A stretch of 64,000 bases of DNA from Cenococcum geophilum (Eukaryota), in contig CP158635.1 of assembly GCA_050273025.1 (NCBI GenBank), forward strand, positions 2,604,001-2,668,000, read 5' to 3'. The position numbers were made by a program, and so were the translations under genes. This document shows positions 1 to 11,870 of this stretch, in pieces. How positions within the stretch are numbered: the first letter of the stretch is position 1; each line of letters starts with the position of its first letter. The notes beneath the pieces are model-generated. The model was not told the origin of the DNA, did not search any database, and worked only from the letters and a program-made list of their open reading frames with translations.

Positions 1-3000
1 TAGAAGTAACTTTCCGCGTACCTATACTAGTATTAACTAACTTAATAGCCACTACTGGCTGTAAAAGGTTACAAAGCCGAATAGTATTATACTTACCTAT
101 AGCAGCACGTGTGCTATATAGCCAAATTATATTATTAAAGCCCGTAACCTTATTAGTAGATAGGCCCTGCTTATACCTAGTTAAAAGAAGCTTTTAGGTT
201 AAATTACTTATAGAATCACTATATAGCTCTATAAGGGCGGTCCTAAATATAGAGCTCTTAGCGTTATTACCACCCTGCCACATAACTTAATCTAGGATAG
301 CTGTTTAGTTAATTGCCTTATAGGCTTCCTTTCTATAGCTGGCTAGCTCTAACAGCCTAGCAGGTAAATTGCTGTATAAGGCCGCCTAACCTATAGGGGG
401 AAGCTAATAAAAATCGCCTACTAGTAAGATGTTTAAGCCTCTAAAGTAGTTATTGTTACGCGTAGGGTAGATTTAATAGAGGCGGTAATTAATCTAGGCT
501 AGATGTACTTGCCTAATTATAGATTTCTCGTTAAGGATAAGATAGTAAATATCCTTAAAAGCTTATTATAGAGGCGTAAGACTAGTAGTAGGCAATTTGT
601 TAAACGGATGGTTTACTAGCAACCTTAATAGATTATATATAGTTCTGCCGTTAATACTAAAGGTAGCTATCCTAGTAGGGGCAGCTCGAGCTAATAGCAA
701 TGGCTTGCTATTAGCCCTTACTATATTACAGAGTATAGTAGAGAGGACAGTAATAAAATGCAATTTACCGGTTCCTGCCTCTCCATTAACGTTAATCCGC
801 AGTAGAGGGGGGCCAAGGCCCACTTAAATCTGCCTATAGTAATTAACTATAGCGTTATAGATATAACACTAACCTAGTTATAAGGAGGACGGGGTTGCTA
901 TTTAGAATAGGCGGCTTAACAGTAGAGGCTGTAACCGTACTTCCTGCTAATAAGTCCTTTTATTAAGCTGCGGGTACGTACCCCAATATATACTCTAGTC
1001 GTAGTTATAATTAAGCTCCCTATTACTAAGCCTATTAGGATCCTTAATTTTAACTCTATTAGTATTTTAAACGCGGGTATATAGGGCCTTAAAGGACTAG
1101 TATAGCTCTAAGTTATCTGCGAAATCGCCCTTAAACTTATTAATATTATTAGCAGTTTCGCGACCTTCCTCTAGTTTCTAATTATAGAAGTAGTTAGGTG
1201 GGTGCTAATAAGAGTTAACGCAAGCCTAATAAGAAGCCATATAATTAGGGGCCCCGAATCTATTAGTATAAGTAGCCACTTCCTTATACTCCCTCTATAG
1301 GTAATAAAGAATAAGCTTTATACGGTAGAACTTAGAATACTATAGATAGGAACGATCGCCGTTATATCGCGGAAAGTATGATATAACTTAAGGCCTTACT
1401 CTTAGCTAACGCTTATAAGCAGAGTAATTAAAATAGAGTAGAAAATTAAGGAAAGTAATGTCCTCTACCCTATCTAGACGGCGCTTATATTTCTTATAGT
1501 TAGACAGCCCACACCCTCTTAATTGCCTATTATTAAGCTTATATATAGCGCTTTAATCGTCCTCCTAGTAGTAGTTTAAAGTTACTATATTCCTAGAGCC
1601 TTTGCAAAGGGGAATATTAAAAAGTAAATAGTATACCTCTTACGCTAACCAATTGCATTTAGTAATAAGTTTATTTATAAACCTAGCCACAACCAAACTA
1701 AAGGCATAAAGGCTATTGGCGTGCGGCTATACTAATTAGAGTAGCTCCTAGTAGGAAGTTAACTTCTTCTCTTCCTTACTGCAATATTTGCCTATATAGT
1801 TAACTATTATTAATACGCTTATAGCGGGTGATGTATTAATATTCGCCATCTACGCTAATATTATAGCTACGTTATAACTATTAAGAAGCTTATTATTACG
1901 CTATAGATAAAACGTCTAGTAATATGGATTTTAATCCTTTAATACAGCGGCCTTATTATAAAAAGAGCGTGGAAAATAGAAGCGGCACTCCTTTACTCTA
2001 GTGGAGCCTTTCTTTAATCTTAAGCAGTAAGATTTGGTGCAATTGCGGTGCTGTTAAAATTAATTAAGGTAGGTAGTAAGAAGCTTACTAGTATTAAGCT
2101 ATTCTTTATAGCTAAGAGCAGAAGGATATTAGAGATTGGGAGGCCTAGATTAATTAGGATTTATTATAGATATAAAAGTAGTCTAGTACTTAGTAAAAGC
2201 CGCCCTTAATTTACTAGCTAACGGATCTAGCCTTAGGGCTGTTAAACTCTATAAGAAGCTATATATATAGCCGCTACCTTATACCTACTACTTAAATTAG
2301 GACTAAAAGTTAGTGCTATTAAATAGACCTATAAGCACGTGCTTCCTAAATAGATTAAAGCGGTAATATAGCTAATAAGCAGCAATATGCGGATTATTAT
2401 TAAGATTTTAAGAAGTAATCTGGTAGCGCTAAGCCTTATTAGTAGCCTTATATTCGTTAAATAGAGGTATATAAGAGTATAGATTATACTAATGTAAATT
2501 AGTAGCGCTAAGTGTAAAGAATAGAGACCTGCTCTTAATATTCTTAGTATAAGCCGTAAGCTTATTTCTCTTCTGCCTCTAGTAAGGTCTAGTGCCCTTA
2601 AGGTTCCATATATGCTATACAATCTTATTTAGCAACTAGCTACCCCTATTGTTATTTATAAGATTACTAAGCTTATCTAAAGACAGACTATTTATATTTA
2701 ATTGGCTGTAGAGGAAGCGGGTAGCGTTAAGGGCTTACTCTCTTATAATCTAATTAAACACGTAGTAGCGAAATAAGGGGTGGCGGCCAAACCGACCGTC
2801 CTAATACTTAAGCATATGCTTGGCGTACGCAGCTAGGGTAACCGTACGGCTTTGTGGCATGTTAAAATCGGCTTTACCATAAGGAAATAGAGTAGGAAAG
2901 GCGCCGCGCATAATAAAACTAGCCAATTGCTTAGAGAGAGGTGTTTATCACATAGTAGGAACCTCTAGGCCCGCTTATAGGTCTTATTAGTATTAAACCT

Positions 3001-4231
3001 CGCAACCTAAAAGCTCTAATTTATTAAGGTTAGGAACTAAATTAGGAACCAAAGTATCTAGTACGTTATTATTAAATTCGCTATCTAGTATATTAGTGCT
3101 AAGCTTAGCAGGTAGAGGATTAATAGCAGGACGTTATATAGGAGCAGTAGGGTAAGCCGTTAGGCTACTAGAATTAGACTCTAACTTATTAATATAAGGT
3201 AGCTAATCTAATATAGAGCTATTTTTAGGTAAGCTGGTAAGCTAGGTGCTACATATTTTAACGTCGCGATAATTAGGATAATTAACCTTTAGAAAGTAAA
3301 GCTATAGTAATATAGCAGAGTGCCTTATAGTATACCGCTTAGTAAACCATTAACTTAGGTATTTGCTACCCTCTACTGCCGTAGGCCTTACGACTAGTAT
3401 ATTAAGTTTAGTAGGTAGCCGTAGTAGCTACCTTTAAGTCTTTAGTATATTCTGGCCAAAGTAGCAAACGTAACTAGTATAGCGATGTTACTGGCCACGT
3501 ATACGCATAACTTATAGATAAACGTATACGCGCGTAATTAGAAGCTTCTCCACCGCGATAAGTATAGGTAAGAAGCCAGGAACAGGCCCTAGATTAAGCT
3601 TATTACTTTTACCAAATAGGGAAGGAAGGGTTAAATATTTAAGTATATTGGCGTCCTTAATGCAGGCTTTGTATATACCTATATTATTACCCTCCGTAGC
3701 TAGGCCTATTTAGAACTACCACTCCTTATAACAACTGCACATCTCTATATATTTAGCCTGTAGTATACTCCTAAACTTCTTAATTCGCTCCTAATTAACA
3801 GCTAAAACGGGTAGTGGTGTAGCCGTAGTTAGAGCTTGCCGCGATAGAGCTTACTATAAGGGAGCTTGCCGTAAGGGAGCCTACCGTAAGGGAGCTTGCT
3901 ATAAGGGAGCCTACTATAAGGGAGCCTACTATAAGGGAGCCTGCTGTAAGGGAGCCTGCTATAAGGGAGCCTACTATAAGGGAGCTTACTGTAAGGAAGG
4001 TGGTATTAGTAGTAGAGTAGGTATTAAAGGTAGGGTAGGTATTGGCGGTAAAGTAGGTATAGGAGCTAGTTCTAATAAGGACGCATTTAGGCCATCTAAA
4101 GTGTCTCTTCTACTATATAGAGCTTTATCTATAGTATATAGCGGAGGAGTAGGTAAGTAAGCTTTACCCCACTAATTAAAAATACGGTGCTCCCGTTATA
4201 TTACCCTAATTGTTTTCCGTCGTTAAGCCAT
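1..4231 (-). pseudogene. Helitron Rep-helicase (RepHel) pseudogene with many RIP-derived stops
   Basis: Candidate ATG at 4231-4229. Domain order is Zn/DUF6570-like, then Rep HUH, then PIF1 helicase. In-frame TAA/TAG codons fall where CAA/CGA/TGG/CAG are expected. Confidence 0.8.
3832..3995. repeat. 15-bp tandem repeat (AGGGAGCCTACTATA-like) inside the Helitron ORF
   Basis: About 10 imperfect copies. On the minus strand it de-RIPs to a pentapeptide repeat of the LQQAP/LRQAP type. Confidence 0.85.
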
Positions 4232-5855
4232 TTTAGGGGTATTTTAACTATTCTGGCCGTAAGGCAGGAAGGCGTTCTCAGTATTGTTTTTAGGTGGAGT
4301 AGTTTACTAGCGCCTTACAGGATAATTCTTAGTAGTAGAACCTAACTCTATAAAAGCTCTTCGCTTATTTAAACTATATTTAGAGGCCTAGAAAAGTAAG
4401 TAGAAGTAGAAGTAATATATAGGGAAGACGCGCCTTTAACTAATATAACTGGCACAGCTTTAAAATCTTCTTTAAAGGGCCGTCTTTGATAAAGTTAAGG
4501 CGGGGCTTATAGATATAGCACTTGCTACACTTAATTACAGTAGGATCTGCCATATTTATAATATATATATTAGTATTAATAAAGGTATTAATAAAAAGGA
4601 AGGCGTAATACTACCTTGGTAGGATATTTTAATATTCATAATATTTTAATATTCGTCACGTGGATTCTGCCACAACTTACCGCACGCAACTTTTTTTCTA
4701 ACCAATGAGAAGCCGGCTTTCTAACCAATCAGAAGCTGGCTTGGCGGGAGTTTAAATTCCAGGACCCCCCAACCCGAATATATAGACCACTCGTACCTCG
4801 GGTCAATAACTACACTGGAGCTCCGTGGCGCTCCTGGCTTCAAATTGAATATTTGGTGGATGGAGTGGACCTGGCTTCAAATCCGCTCCACTCCGATCCA
4901 AATAGATCACTGCACAGAAATGGGGATGTACCGTAAAACACCTAGAGTATCGATATATTCTCCGAATGAAATTTCAAGTTAGCGAAGTTGTGAAACGCTT
5001 CGTATACGCTATTAAGGTGTACGTATATTTCTTGATATCTTAGCTATGACGTCATGAGCGGCTTTAGATGATAGAGAAATTAAGACAAACTCCCCGGTAT
5101 CACCCATTCCGGAGCGCTTCTAAGGCTTACGGAGTACTTCATCCCAAACCCACACAGCTCTCCGGGAACTAATTTAATGGTCCCTAACATGCATATTAGC
5201 CAGATCTGGTGCCCGTACTCAGGAATATAAAGCTTTTGATTTCATAGCAAATTGATATAAAAGCTTAATCTTCATCTACTCGCCCAAACGGGTTAAGGGA
5301 TAATCCCGACAGATCAGGATAACACTGTTGATGCTGTAGTAAGATATGAATGAATCGGAGGCGAAGCAGATGTAGATAGAAGGCGCAAGTCTTAATCGGA
5401 GCTAGCCACTCTAGTCCACAAAAGGCTGTGAACTCTAATTCCTAGGAAAACATTCTGAAATCACAACATCACGGAACTCTATAAATAGTGACCCTAATAA
5501 TCCTTGAAACGCTTCTCCAAGCGGAGAGCTGCGAGGCAGTGGTTGCATACAGATATGACATGTACTTGAATATGCGCGACTTCAAAATTGCAAATCGAAC
5601 TGAAAATTACTGGGAAAAACATGACCATTTCTTTTACAAACGTAAAACCAACAGAAAAGTAAATAAAAGGAACACCATTCGCCGCCTCCAGTGCCCCAAG
5701 TCTAAGTACATAAAAGAGAATGCCGAAAGAATGAACATGCAAGAATAAAAGTCCGCTCCGCCATGATTCGCTTAGATGTCCGTGGTCGCGTAATTAGACT
5801 TCAGCCTCACTTCATCTCACCACAACACCACTGCGCCTAGCTCACTGCACCTAGC

Positions 5856-7051
5856 TCACTGCATTACGGCAGAGCCTTTTTCAACACCAATACCAGCCAA
5901 GTAGCCTGTAGCCGGTGCCGAATAGTTTCCTTGGCTACCACCGAACTCGAGACCGCCACACATCCCCTCCAGGTTCCTAGTTTGGTTGATGTACATGCCT
6001 TGGACATTCACGCTCTTCACGTTCCAAGTGGTGGTATCCATGTTTTTCAAGAACATGAATGCGAAGTAGAGAACGAAGCAGCAGATGGTGTAGAAGCTGA
6101 TTCCGAGGAACATGGATAGATGCTTGACCTTGGCGATGTAGCCCTTCTCGTTGAGTCTTGGGAAGGGGCGATTGCCCACCATCCGGACATCTTTGCCAAC
6201 GAACTTGCAAAGAGGAGCCCAGCCCATCTTTGGATGGAACTCAAGCAGCTTGTGCTTGGGCACTACCTGGCGAACCCAGTTGTTGTGGGTATAGAAGAGC
6301 TCAGAGCATGGTTTGTCGGGAATACCAAATCGCCTGTGGTATTTGGCAGTCCAGTTCCGTAGGAGATCGCTAGAGGAGCACGCGCCGGGCATGAAGTACA
6401 CGATGGCGCGGTACAGCCACCCTCGCACGTCAAGGCCCATGCCCTCATAAGATTTGAGCCAGACGTCGGGGTTCTCACGGTAAGAGAGGATGAACTGTTT
6501 CAAGATGACAGGGTTAGCAGGTGCTTTTAGAGATCCGCAGTTTCGGATTCAGAAGAGCACAGATCACGGAGATCTGCAGCATTGCATCCCCCGCGTATCC
6601 GCACGCCACTGACGCAGAACCTCACCTTTGCATCCGGATACATCTCAACTAGATCATCAACGCATGCGCTAACAGGCATTTCGAGGCCCGCTTCGTATCC
6701 ATCGAATAGTTCCCGTAGCATCTGTTGACGCCTCTCCTTGTTCTCTTCCTTAAGAAGCTTAGCGCTCTTAGCAATGCGATCAAACTGGAACATGGGATCG
6801 AGTAGGTGATGGCATGGTCCAATGCCGAGTTCTAGGAGAGCAGCCCTAATACTAGTAGTGCAAGTTCGTGGCAAGCCAACCTGCGAGTATTGCGTCAATG
6901 TGTGTTCCAAATAAAGAGCAAGGGAGCTTGAGAAACAGTGCTACATTCTACCAGCTCGATCCTGTGCAGATTGGGAACCACTTACCACGAAGAATCTCGG
7001 TTGCTTCTTGGAAAGAGCTGTGACAGCGGTCTGAGCAATTTCCTTGGACAT
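5856..7051 (-). CDS. P-loop sulfotransferase-like protein (Sulfotransfer_4 family; often annotated NAD-dependent epimerase/dehydratase in fungi), ~319 aa, with a C-terminal hydrophobic segment
   Basis: Exons 7051-6986, 6880-6626 and 6494-5856 joined by GT-AG introns (GTAAGT..CAG; GTGAGG..GCTAAC..CAG). The spliced protein carries the family motifs VVGLPRTCTTSIRAAL..LG.GPCHH, YPDAK.ILS.R....W..S, LLEF...MGW.PLC.F.G and PFPRLN. Confidence 0.85.
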
Positions 7052-8777
7052 GATGCTGGTGATTTTCGTTTTGATTTGGATGCTGATGTTGATGTGCTTG
7101 AATATTTCGATGATGTTGATGATGCTGATGATACTGGCGACGAAGATGGTTGAGATGGTGAGGCTGTTAATATTGCAGATCTTGTTTTGTCTGGTTTCTC
7201 AAGATTGCTCTCTCAAGATGTTATATACCGGACTTGGGTGCTCTCAGCTCATCCGGTAACCCTGCATGGACCACAACCAATAGACCTTACCGGGCAAGAA
7301 AGCACTATTCGCTTGTGTCTCAGGCTGAGCATAGGCCTCCTCATCTCTGTCTATCCTTACGCCGAACGCTTCTTCGGTTGATCTGGCGCCGTGATGGTGT
7401 GGCTAGTATCATACGGTATACCATAAAGATCGGCAAGCGGCGGTGACGAAAGGACCGTTAATGACCTCTTACGGGCAATTGTAAGAGGTGGGTGCTGATG
7501 GTTTGGCCCGGTAGGAGCAAAAAGCTTCAATTCTCCGCCGTAAAGAGTGGACTTTACTTGGCTTGGGTCACCCCGTGATTCGATTTCACCATTGTGCGGA
7601 CGCCGTGAGGGAAACTACAGTCTACGGATCGACTTTCTCATACAAAAGATAGAGAATCCGAAGTCGGTGTGTAGTCACCGTACCACCGATTCTGTAGGAG
7701 GTAGGAAGTCACGATTCCGAAGTCCCATCCTGAGTGTTGACCATACTGTACACATAGCTGACCATCAGCCCTTTGTCGGTTTCAATACCTTCCGAGCATT
7801 TGGTGCCGGACTGACGTAGCTCGCCTATCAATCGTATGATGATCTAGTGGAGATGTTCTCGAACGCTGGAAGTTAGTATTACACGAGAGCGCCGGAGTGG
7901 GACTTGATCCTCTCACGCCAAGCCTCCGTCCGTCAACCGGGGCTTATTCTGGAGCCTCAAGCCTTAATAGACGCCGACTCGCCGACCCCGCGTGTTCGAA
8001 CTAACTGCTTCTGTGTCTTTTGTGGTTCTGGAGGGCTGAAATGCTTGCGCCATGGCGCTAGACAAGCTTAAACACTGGTCACACCGCCATGTTGCACTCC
8101 GACTAGGTTTCAAAGCTTATCTAAACCTCCCAATTAGGAACATACACTAGTTTCTAACAGCAACTAACGAGAGGCTAAATTGCGGCAACTTCGCGGAATT
8201 GAATACTATTACTAAGGCAATTCTAGAATCAAATGGGGTCACTCGTGGCATTAGGAGACTTATCACGGCGTTACAGGACTTATCCCTTGCAACGCCGGCG
8301 TCCATCTGCAAATGGTCCGTGCGAGAACACCAAATCAAAACAACGCGTACAATGTCTATGTTACGATCAACCATGCCTTCCGAACGTACTTCTAACGATA
8401 TAGACTTTGTTGAGCCGACTAAATATAATGTTTAACCAAATTGCGTCGCAAAAGAACCCCTCCCCGAAGCCTGGCCGCTACCTAATTTTAATCCTTTCCA
8501 CATTGATGATTTTGATTTGACTGATTCTATTGGTCGATTCTTATCGATAACAGATGGACGCAAGTCGGCGTTGCAAGGGATAAGCACAATAATGCATTTT
8601 ATGGCTCAATGGGTTTTTTTTCACGGTAAATCAATTGAAATATTGGTAAACGCCGAAAATATCATCTATTCCGTTCTATGACTTTAAGCATACTCTACAG
8701 ATTTACACCAAATTGCAAAGATTCCATACGCCACAGCCGCACACCCAAAATTCTACCCGCTCACCCCACTCAATTGC

Positions 8778-10412
8778 TTATTTGCGGAAAGACACCCTGG
8801 CCGGCATGGAGTCTTTTGGCTTGGCCGTAACATGCAGAGTCTGATACATGCGCTCACCCTCCATCTCTGGTCCGGGGTGCTCATAGGCTGCAGTGATGTC
8901 GAATTTTCGCAGAACCATGACCAGGAGAACCTTGGTTTGGATCAGTGCCATGGCTTCACCAACGCAGAACCGTGGCCCTTTCTCAAACGGACGCCAGGCG
9001 TTCTTTGGTACTGCCAAAGGATGGCCGTCAGGTACAAGGAAGCGCTCTGGCTTGAAGGCCAGAGGCTCGGGGAACACCTCCTCACTGCGCATAATCGCGT
9101 AGTCATTGACGTAGCATGCGAATGGGTAGGTGGGGTAGGTGTTGCCATTGTGTGAAACAGGGTGTCTGCGATATCAAATTAGTTTCCAAGCAGAAACGCG
9201 GACGTTGAAATAAGCTTACTCTTTGCTACCAAATCGGTAGGATCCGGCTATCGGTGGCCATTTGCGGAGAGTCTCCTTGATGACGGCTAGGGTGTAATCC
9301 ATCTTGTTCAAAAGAGCAGGGTTGGCCTTGATGATGTCCGCAGCCTTGTCGATATCCGTGCCAAGAATCTCATCGTGCTCAGCACGGACCTTCGCAAGGA
9401 TTTCAGGGTGACGGCTGAGCTCGTGGAAAACGTAGCAGACGGTGTTTGCAGAGGAGTCGTGGCCTGCGAAAATGACGGACTTGATCTGGCTGGTCATCAT
9501 CTCTAAGAATTGCGGGCTGATGCCTGTGACTTTTCCATCGCCGTTCTGCTCGTTGAATGCCTCGAGTGCGAGATCGACGAAGTGATGCTTCTTGACCTTC
9601 TTGCCATCAGGAGTGACAGCTTCTGGCTTATTGATACGGTCCTGAACGATCTGAACGATGAGGTTGTTGATTCTCTTGGTATTCCGGGCGCGAAGCCAGC
9701 GGCGGTAGGGGTTGGGGTCTGGCAGATAACGGGCCAAGAGCGCAACAGGCTGGAGATCAGCCTGCATGCGGATTCCTGCAGTGAGCGGGTGGTCTTCAGT
9801 CTGTGCCTTGCAGTCAATGTCTAGCGCGACGCGGCACATGATATTGATAATGACACGTGCAACGTGCTCCTCCATGGGGAAGACATCTCCCTTCTTAGCG
9901 TGCTCCTCCAGGATTCCGGCGAAGATGCAGGCGTCATTCACGATGTTGGGGATGTGTTGCTGTAGGGCGGATGTTGCGAAACCTGGGTTGAGCACGCGAC
10001 GGACCATCTTCCATTCGGCGCCATTGAGAGCGACTACCGATTTCTTGCCAACAAGCGGCTCCATGAATTTGGAGATCATGGCACCCTTATCGAAGTTCTT
10101 GACTTGAGTGATGTAGGCAGCAATTTCGGGGTCACAGCAAACGAGTTGGGACTCGGTCAACGGCCACAGATCAAGGTAGAAAAACTCGCCGAGCCTGTAT
10201 TCTTTCCTGATGTAGTGGGCGTATGCCTGAGGATTTGCATCTGGTGGCAGAGAAGCAGCGATTTTACCCATGATGGGCAGGTGGCCGAAAAGCCAGTGGT
10301 GAGGAGGACCGGGCAGGTTCCTGAACATGCGTCGGTGTGTCATAAGTTTGTAAAAGAACATGGCCGCCAGGGCCACCGAAGCGGCGGCCGCGATGTAAAG
10401 TTTGATGCCCAT
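8778..10412 (-). CDS. Cytochrome P450 monooxygenase, StcS/VerA(AflN)-like, 526 aa
   Basis: Exons 10412-9220 and 9165-8778 with a 54-bp GTAAGC..CAG intron; the spliced frame is continuous. Motifs: N-terminal TM anchor plus PGPP, I-helix FAGHDSS, K-helix ETLR, PERF, and heme loop WRPFEKGPRFCVG. Confidence 0.95.
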
Positions 10413-11299
10413 TGTGTTAAGGCTAGTTGTTTCAGGTGACTTGGTGTTTTACTTGGGTAGTGAACGATTGTACGGAAACAGAGGATGAAGAATGAGAGAG
10501 GTAATGGCTGGAGAAGTTTTGGGATTTTAGAGAGAATCTTCCAGTCATAAACAGACCAAGCAGTATGCCTCAGGAGACCGTCCTCACGGACTCCTGCAAC
10601 TACAATACCCATTTGAAACATAGTAAACGGTATAGTTCTCACCCAAGAAGTCCGATGGCTGAAGGACTTCAGGTTCGTTAAGTGGAGCGTTGTCCGAGAT
10701 CATGCTGTTGTGCTTATCCGAAGCCGTATCAAGACTAGCGTCTACGATACTGGAACCTCAGCCACAACGGACTTCCTGGCTCACTTCAAATATACTATCC
10801 TTGTATTGCCATGCGAATCACCACGCTCCAGGGGCTGCGCGGTGCTATTTTAACGAATGCGCATGTTCCGTGAACGCATGCAAATGATGGAGCTTATTGG
10901 CGGACGAGTGACAGATACCTCGGCACCTGCCGCAGTCAATTGTATAGCTGACAGCGCTTGTCCCCATTGCGTACCTACTTTTTTACTGCCTCTAGTAAGT
11001 GTGTATAATGTTCGTAATCGGTGGCCTTGTTATTCAAGGGCCCGACTGCAAATTTAGTGCGATCTGAGGCGATCTCTGCCCATTTGCTGAATCATTGTTG
11101 GAAAAGTCAATTTCCATTTCCTTTCCTATAAATTTAACAAAACTTGGAGGCCATTGCGGGCACTGCGGTAAGGTCCTCACAATTGCCAGACGTTTTCCGG
11201 GCTTCTTACCCAAATTGGTTACAAATCTTCACTTGACAAGCCACCCCATAACTTTCCGCATGCGTAGTGTACCTCCGAAATTTTGTGAATGAAGTCCTC

Positions 11300-11870
11300 G
11301 AGGATGAACCCTTCCACTGACCTGGATCCACAGAGTATGAGTAACCTCCTGGCAAGCAGGACTTCTTGGATAATCCATATTCTGCCCCAATAGTCTGTGT
11401 AAAAGCTCCTTTATGGCTTGCTTGACGTGTGGCAGGAAGACCTGATCGAAGTTAGCGGCATAGCAATAATACCCCTGGGCCTGTCCCAGCCCAAGGCCTC
11501 GGCCATCCCCATCGCATCTGCGGGACGGAACTTGAAGCCAACCGCGGTACCGGGCGTTAAGCTCTTCTGCAGTGCGCAAAGCTAGCAGTCCATTGAGGAA
11601 ATCTATCGCTAAGTCGCTGTGATCGGCTGATTCTCCAAGCTAAACAAGAACACATTTTGTCGAGGCGTATATTTTCTGCACGATCTTGACCTGGTCATTC
11701 CATTCATCAATGTCGCGCTGGTTGATACAGATTGCATCAACCTAGAAGGTCTCGGTCGTTTCTTGCCGAGCGAGGCTAGCCTAGAAAGGAGCCGGAGCAA
11801 ATTATGTCACGGTGGAACGCAGTGTATGGTGGTGTGGACTCGATATGGATGGAGTCTGTACAGCGTAGAA
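11300..11870 (-). pseudogene. HET (heterokaryon incompatibility) domain pseudogene
   Basis: The minus strand reads PPYTA.., F*VDAICINQRDIDEWNDQVKIVQKIYASTKCVLV*LGE and, after a frameshift, DYWGRIWIIQEVLLARRLLILCG. These are the canonical HET motifs. Two conserved Trp codons are now TAG (11744-11742 and 11642-11640). Confidence 0.88.

Larger units (their letters stand above)
1..4800 (-). mobile_element. RIP-degraded Helitron (Rep/helicase); 3' part lies beyond the window start, 5' boundary approximate
   Basis: The minus strand encodes PIF1-type helicase motifs (ORF 566-823: GEAGTGK and AAPT.IA...I.G.T). A de-RIPed HUH Rep motif lies at ~2260-2310 (DF*S*FK**V*GSGYIYS reads as DFWxRFEWQxRGSGHxHG). 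An N-terminal CxxC..WF..CxxC and DUF6570-like segment lies at ~3450-3750. TpA excess is strong and ends at ~4650-4800. Confidence 0.88.

Noticed and set aside
2329..2622. 97-aa hydrophobic ORF (and similar L/I/Y-rich ORFs at 19823, 28504 and 55841)
   Set aside because: Chance open frames in RIP-mutated, AT-rich transposon sequence.
5488..5748. 86-aa and 82-aa overlapping ORFs
   Set aside because: No motifs or splice support; the position fits the 3' flank of the sulfotransferase-like gene.
7547..8435. Short ORFs between the sulfotransferase-like gene and the P450
   Set aside because: Non-ATG starts and no recognisable domain. A decayed gene relic cannot be excluded but is not supportable.
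8832..10439. Plus-strand and alternate-frame ORFs overlapping the P450
   Set aside because: Shadows of a GC-rich coding strand with no recognisable motifs.
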